A stretch of DNA of 36,314 nt. Origin: a virus. Positions 33,023-36,314 of the stretch are shown in pieces. The notes beneath the pieces are model-generated. The model made no database searches. It was not told the DNA's origin and worked only from the letters and a program-made list of their open reading frames with translations. A program made the position numbers and the translations under genes. The stretch is from positions 1 to 36,314 of IMG/VR virus record IMGVR_UViG_3300009702_000017; one strand, given 5' to 3'. Within the stretch, counting starts at the first letter, position 1; every line of letters begins with the position of its first letter.

Positions 33023-34377
33023 AAGCCGGCCCAGAGGGCATTGATCACTTTGTCCACGGGTCTGGTCTTCGCAAGCCCTTGGATGCGCTCAAGACGCGCT
33101 ACGCTCGAAGAGGGATTGATCCCATACGAGCGAAGCTCCTCTCCGAGTTCAATGCCAGACAGGGAATCCACCCATGCCTTCAAGGTGTCTCTCGCGGACT
33201 GTGAGACGGTGGGTAGGTACTGTAGCTTCTCCTTTGGAGGAAGCTTGTGGAATTCCTTTGGCGCGGCGTAGCGTAGGTAGTACGGTACAAAGCTAAGTTT
33301 GTCCCGACCGGGGTTGAAGCCTGGACCTGCAAAGGCAGAGCCATGGTCAATAAGTCGTACCGTGAGTGATTCTGGATCTACCATGAGGTTCTGGGCATGG
33401 CCATCGGGGTTGCCACACACATAGTCCAATACGGCCCATTTGTGAAGTGTCCCATCGAGATACGGCTGAAACACCCTCGACGCGAAACCAGGGTCATTCT
33501 CATAACGATAGATAGTCTGGAACTTCCACGGAAGCAACCGGATGGCAGCAAACTCCTTGCCGTTTAGGAGCAGGAGGTTCGCCTCCGGTACCCAATCGCC
33601 TAGTCCCCATCGGTCAGCCACAGCTGAAAATGCCGCCTCTCTAACCGGCTGTGAGGCTTGTTCCTCGCCCACACCTGCCGCCGGAGAGACGGCACCCCAG
33701 TCCGGCTTCAAAAGATAGCTATGTCCCTCGGGGTCCTTAGCGAGCAGTGATCCTGTCGAGTGCTTGCCCGGCAATGTGACAGGCTGAGCAACCCCCTCTT
33801 CGAAGGAGCGGGAGACACCGATGGCAGCCTCTTGGTCACGCGGGGCAACCGCCTCTACCACCACACGCTCTGGTACTCCAGCTGACCTACCCAGAGCCTT
33901 GTTGAGGTCTGCTACGGCATCCAACGCGCTCAAGTGCTCTTCGGATGGATCTAGACCATAGGCTCGTAGTGCCGCAGAACGAATGTCGCCCCCCTCATGA
34001 TAGAGAGCATGCCTCATCGACTCTAGGTTGAGCGTATGCCTAGAGCCCGTCAAGAACTTGGCAGCTGCAAACGCATCGTAGAGGTGAGGAACGAATCCGT
34101 GCATATCGCGGAGAGTCCGGTTGGTACTTGCCTTTAGATTATCACTCTTAGCCAAGGCGCCTTCCCACTCCGCAGACGAATCCGACCCGACGATCCGAAT
34201 ACTCACAGCCTGCATACGATCCAAAGCGTCGATTAGTTCTTCGAGGGACCAATGGTACGCCTCAGCCTGCTCCTTGAACCATGGGAACTTCTGTAGGAGA
34301 GCCGCCTCCAACTGGGCTGGCGTACCAGCCATCGGTTCGTTCTCTCCTAGGTAATGGTGGTCAATCTCGATCTTCAT
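33019..34377 (-). CDS. PI3/4-kinase/HipA-like atypical kinase with N-terminal extension
   Basis: YLLKP, REAA, LDYVCGNPDGHAQNLMV and LIDHG motifs; LAKS and LNKA linkers upstream of the domain. Confidence 0.8.
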   Translation of the reverse strand: MKIEIDHHYLGENEPMAGTPAQLEAALLQKFPWFKEQAEAYHWSLEELIDALDRMQAVSIRIVGSDSSAEWEGALAKSDNLKASTNRTLRDMHGFVPHLYDAFAAAKFLTGSRHTLNLESMRHALYHEGGDIRSAALRAYGLDPSEEHLSALDAVADLNKALGRSAGVPERVVVEAVAPRDQEAAIGVSRSFEEGVAQPVTLPGKHSTGSLLAKDPEGHSYLLKPDWGAVSPAAGVGEEQASQPVREAAFSAVADRWGLGDWVPEANLLLLNGKEFAAIRLLPWKFQTIYRYENDPGFASRVFQPYLDGTLHKWAVLDYVCGNPDGHAQNLMVDPESLTVRLIDHGSAFAGPGFNPGRDKLSFVPYYLRYAAPKEFHKLPPKEKLQYLPTVSQSARDTLKAWVDSLSGIELGEELRSYGINPSSSVARLERIQGLAKTRPVDKVINALWAGF

Positions 34378-34378
34378 G

Positions 34379-36314
34379 CTACCATCCGTTCTCTGCCCTT
34401 ATGCGCGCGTACTCTTCCTCCTCTTCCTCCTCTGGGGTCTTTTCTCCAGGTGAGTAGATAGGGATCGCAGTATTATGCCAGCCTGTGCCGAAGTTGTCAA
34501 GTCCAAGGTCGTGCATCTGATCGAGTAGATCCGCGCGGGTGTTGAAGTTGCGTCGCAGATGCGCCTGTGCATCGGGGTCCTTGATGAGTTGTAGCCTGCT
34601 CTCGAATGCCTTGCGGACATCTGGCCCAACCTGCCCCCACCAATCTATGATCGGTTCGTAGCGATGCAAGCGATCCATGTCGTAGTTGTAATTGGTCTTG
34701 TCCCGCACGTCGATGTAGTTGTTGAAGGGATCTACAGCACTGATGCCACCTTGTAGATAGCCCCTCGGCATATCCTCCAAGTAACCTCCGTTCTCTCGCC
34801 TGAAATCCCTCACCTGTGTCTTGTTAGCACCGAACAACGCAGCGGGAATGCCATACTGGTACGAGAGCGAATGATCGATAGCAATAGGATCACCACGCTT
34901 ATTAATGAGAAGGTTGCCTGAGTGACGATCGGTGTTATGAGACAGGAAGTCCATCAACGCAATCTTGCGAACGTTCTTCCGCGCGTCCTTGTTTGGCTTG
35001 TTTCTGCCGTAAAAAACAGGATGGGCGTTGTCTTCCATATGTACAACCAACATCGGAATGGTATTGCCATCTGGTGCGGTCTGATTAGCTACGTGTACGG
35101 CCTGATGTAAATGCGGAATTCCCGCTGCCTTGTAAAGCTCTTGGTTCGTCATCTCGGCCCAACCGCCCAGAGGGTAATGAGTAAGCAAATTACGGAACTC
35201 AGACGGGAACTTCTCATGGTACGGCTTAATGAGATACTTGTCTCCGTTATCATTCTGAAACACACGCTTGCGAGTGTAACCCCCTACATCTTCGTGGTCA
35301 GGCTGCCACGACTTCTTGGATGTCTGCATATCCTTGAAGCGCGCCAAGGAGCCTTCGTGGTTGTGCGGCACAACCTCAAGCTCTGGTGCAACGTCTACGA
35401 CATCGTTTGCCTTTGTATCAGTCGCCTGAGCGATTCCTTTGAAGTGACGAGGATGAAATGTCTTCCGCAGATTTCGAAGATATTGCGCTAGATCCCCCTC
35501 GAACTTGTGAAGGGTATCCTTCCAAGTAGGCTCGCCTCGGATCGCCTTTCGCTTCGCCAAGTCTTCATCAGTCACGATACTACTTCGCTGACCATTCCCT
35601 TCGGGAGCCCAAAGCAACTTGGGATAAGTCGCATTCTCATTCTTGGGATGTAACTCCCAATCGTAGATCGGTAGATTGAATTTCTTAAGTGCTTCGATGT
35701 GCTCTGCACTCTTACCGGAAGGCCCTAAATGTATCGCCTGTACATCTCTAGGCAGATAGATGCCTCCGTGGATCTGCGCTTCCATGTAGTCTATAGCGTT
35801 GTTCCTCGGATAATAACCGTGTTTCCCAACAATACTCTTTAGGTACCTGACCCTCTCTAATCTATGGGGCCCCAAGTGCCCAACGCGATAGTCAGGTCTA
35901 CTTCCCACCTTCTTAATTGGATTGTGAGCGAACACATACGGAACCACAGGATCCGTCGCAAGATAAGTATCCCGATGCGGATTAGGGTTGAAAGATGACA
36001 AAGACGAATCCGAATACGTTACAGTAGACCTTAGTTTTACTTCTGGCTTCAACTCCAACCAACTGTGACCATACGCCCTAGCTGCCCCAAGCCCTTTGTT
36101 GTCAGCGTTGTAACCCCAGTGAAGCGCACCGTACAGAGGCCGCTCGTGCGCCGGAACAGTACGATCAAGACCAAGCGCTTGATATTCCCAACGCATTCTG
36201 GTGTTAGGTTCCCTCTCGCCTATACCATGCCCTGTTTCAAGGAGGTTCATCATACGCCCATTTTCAAGCATTCCCTCTATAGCACGGATCGGAAAATGTA
36301 TCACAAGTGGAGCG
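34379..36314 (-). CDS. DUF3626-like domain + PI3/4K/HipA-like kinase polyprotein (5' end outside the window)
   Basis: Frame is open to the edge (APLVIHFP..). ERPLYGAL..YG....LK...RSTVT.SDS..YMEAQIHGG..L..DV (DUF3626), then YLIKP, MDFLSHNTDRHSGNLLI, IAIDHS. Confidence 0.85.
   Translation of the reverse strand, partial: APLVIHFPIRAIEGMLENGRMMNLLETGHGIGEREPNTRMRWEYQALGLDRTVPAHERPLYGALHWGYNADNKGLGAARAYGHSWLELKPEVKLRSTVTYSDSSLSSFNPNPHRDTYLATDPVVPYVFAHNPIKKVGSRPDYRVGHLGPHRLERVRYLKSIVGKHGYYPRNNAIDYMEAQIHGGIYLPRDVQAIHLGPSGKSAEHIEALKKFNLPIYDWELHPKNENATYPKLLWAPEGNGQRSSIVTDEDLAKRKAIRGEPTWKDTLHKFEGDLAQYLRNLRKTFHPRHFKGIAQATDTKANDVVDVAPELEVVPHNHEGSLARFKDMQTSKKSWQPDHEDVGGYTRKRVFQNDNGDKYLIKPYHEKFPSEFRNLLTHYPLGGWAEMTNQELYKAAGIPHLHQAVHVANQTAPDGNTIPMLVVHMEDNAHPVFYGRNKPNKDARKNVRKIALMDFLSHNTDRHSGNLLINKRGDPIAIDHSLSYQYGIPAALFGANKTQVRDFRRENGGYLEDMPRGYLQGGISAVDPFNNYIDVRDKTNYNYDMDRLHRYEPIIDWWGQVGPDVRKAFESRLQLIKDPDAQAHLRRNFNTRADLLDQMHDLGLDNFGTGWHNTAIPIYSPGEKTPEEEEEEEYARIRAENGW

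Overview
A 36.3-kb segment of a large contractile-tailed (myovirus-type) phage, or a phage-derived element. No capsid, terminase, integrase or replication gene lies in the window. It has four parts. (1) A + strand tail/baseplate module at 1.0-10.6 kb: two chaperone-position genes, tape measure, hub, spike, minor tail protein and a LysM/gp25-like fusion. (2) A - strand accessory island at 10.6-16.7 kb with a dNMP kinase, DUF1003 protein, SLOG protein, zinc-finger proteins and many frameshifted or nonsense-interrupted small genes. (3) A - strand head/neck/sheath/tube module at 16.8-26.2 kb and 30.2-36.3 kb. (4) A + strand island at 26.3-30.3 kb with three tRNA-Leu genes, a pentapeptide-repeat protein (its paralog lies inverted at the left edge) and a membrane-anchored ACP-like protein lacking the carrier serine. 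The most notable signal is in the head module. Its proteins are strings of enzyme-like domains (mCpol/Cas10-palm-like, DUF5661, GNAT, R-S-E ADP-ribosyltransferase, DUF3626, two PI3/4K-HipA-like kinases) separated by recurring [LIVF]-x-K-[SAMT] linkers. These resemble the Lys|Ser prohead-protease site of SPO1/Twort-like phages and suggest a capsid-packaged, protease-released effector payload. Two phage-specific upstream motifs are also visible: (C/T)AATCTW before structural genes, five times exactly 13 nt before an ATG (leaderless geometry), and T-rich-CGCTGTA before accessory genes. All family assignments come from motif recognition by eye; no searches were run.
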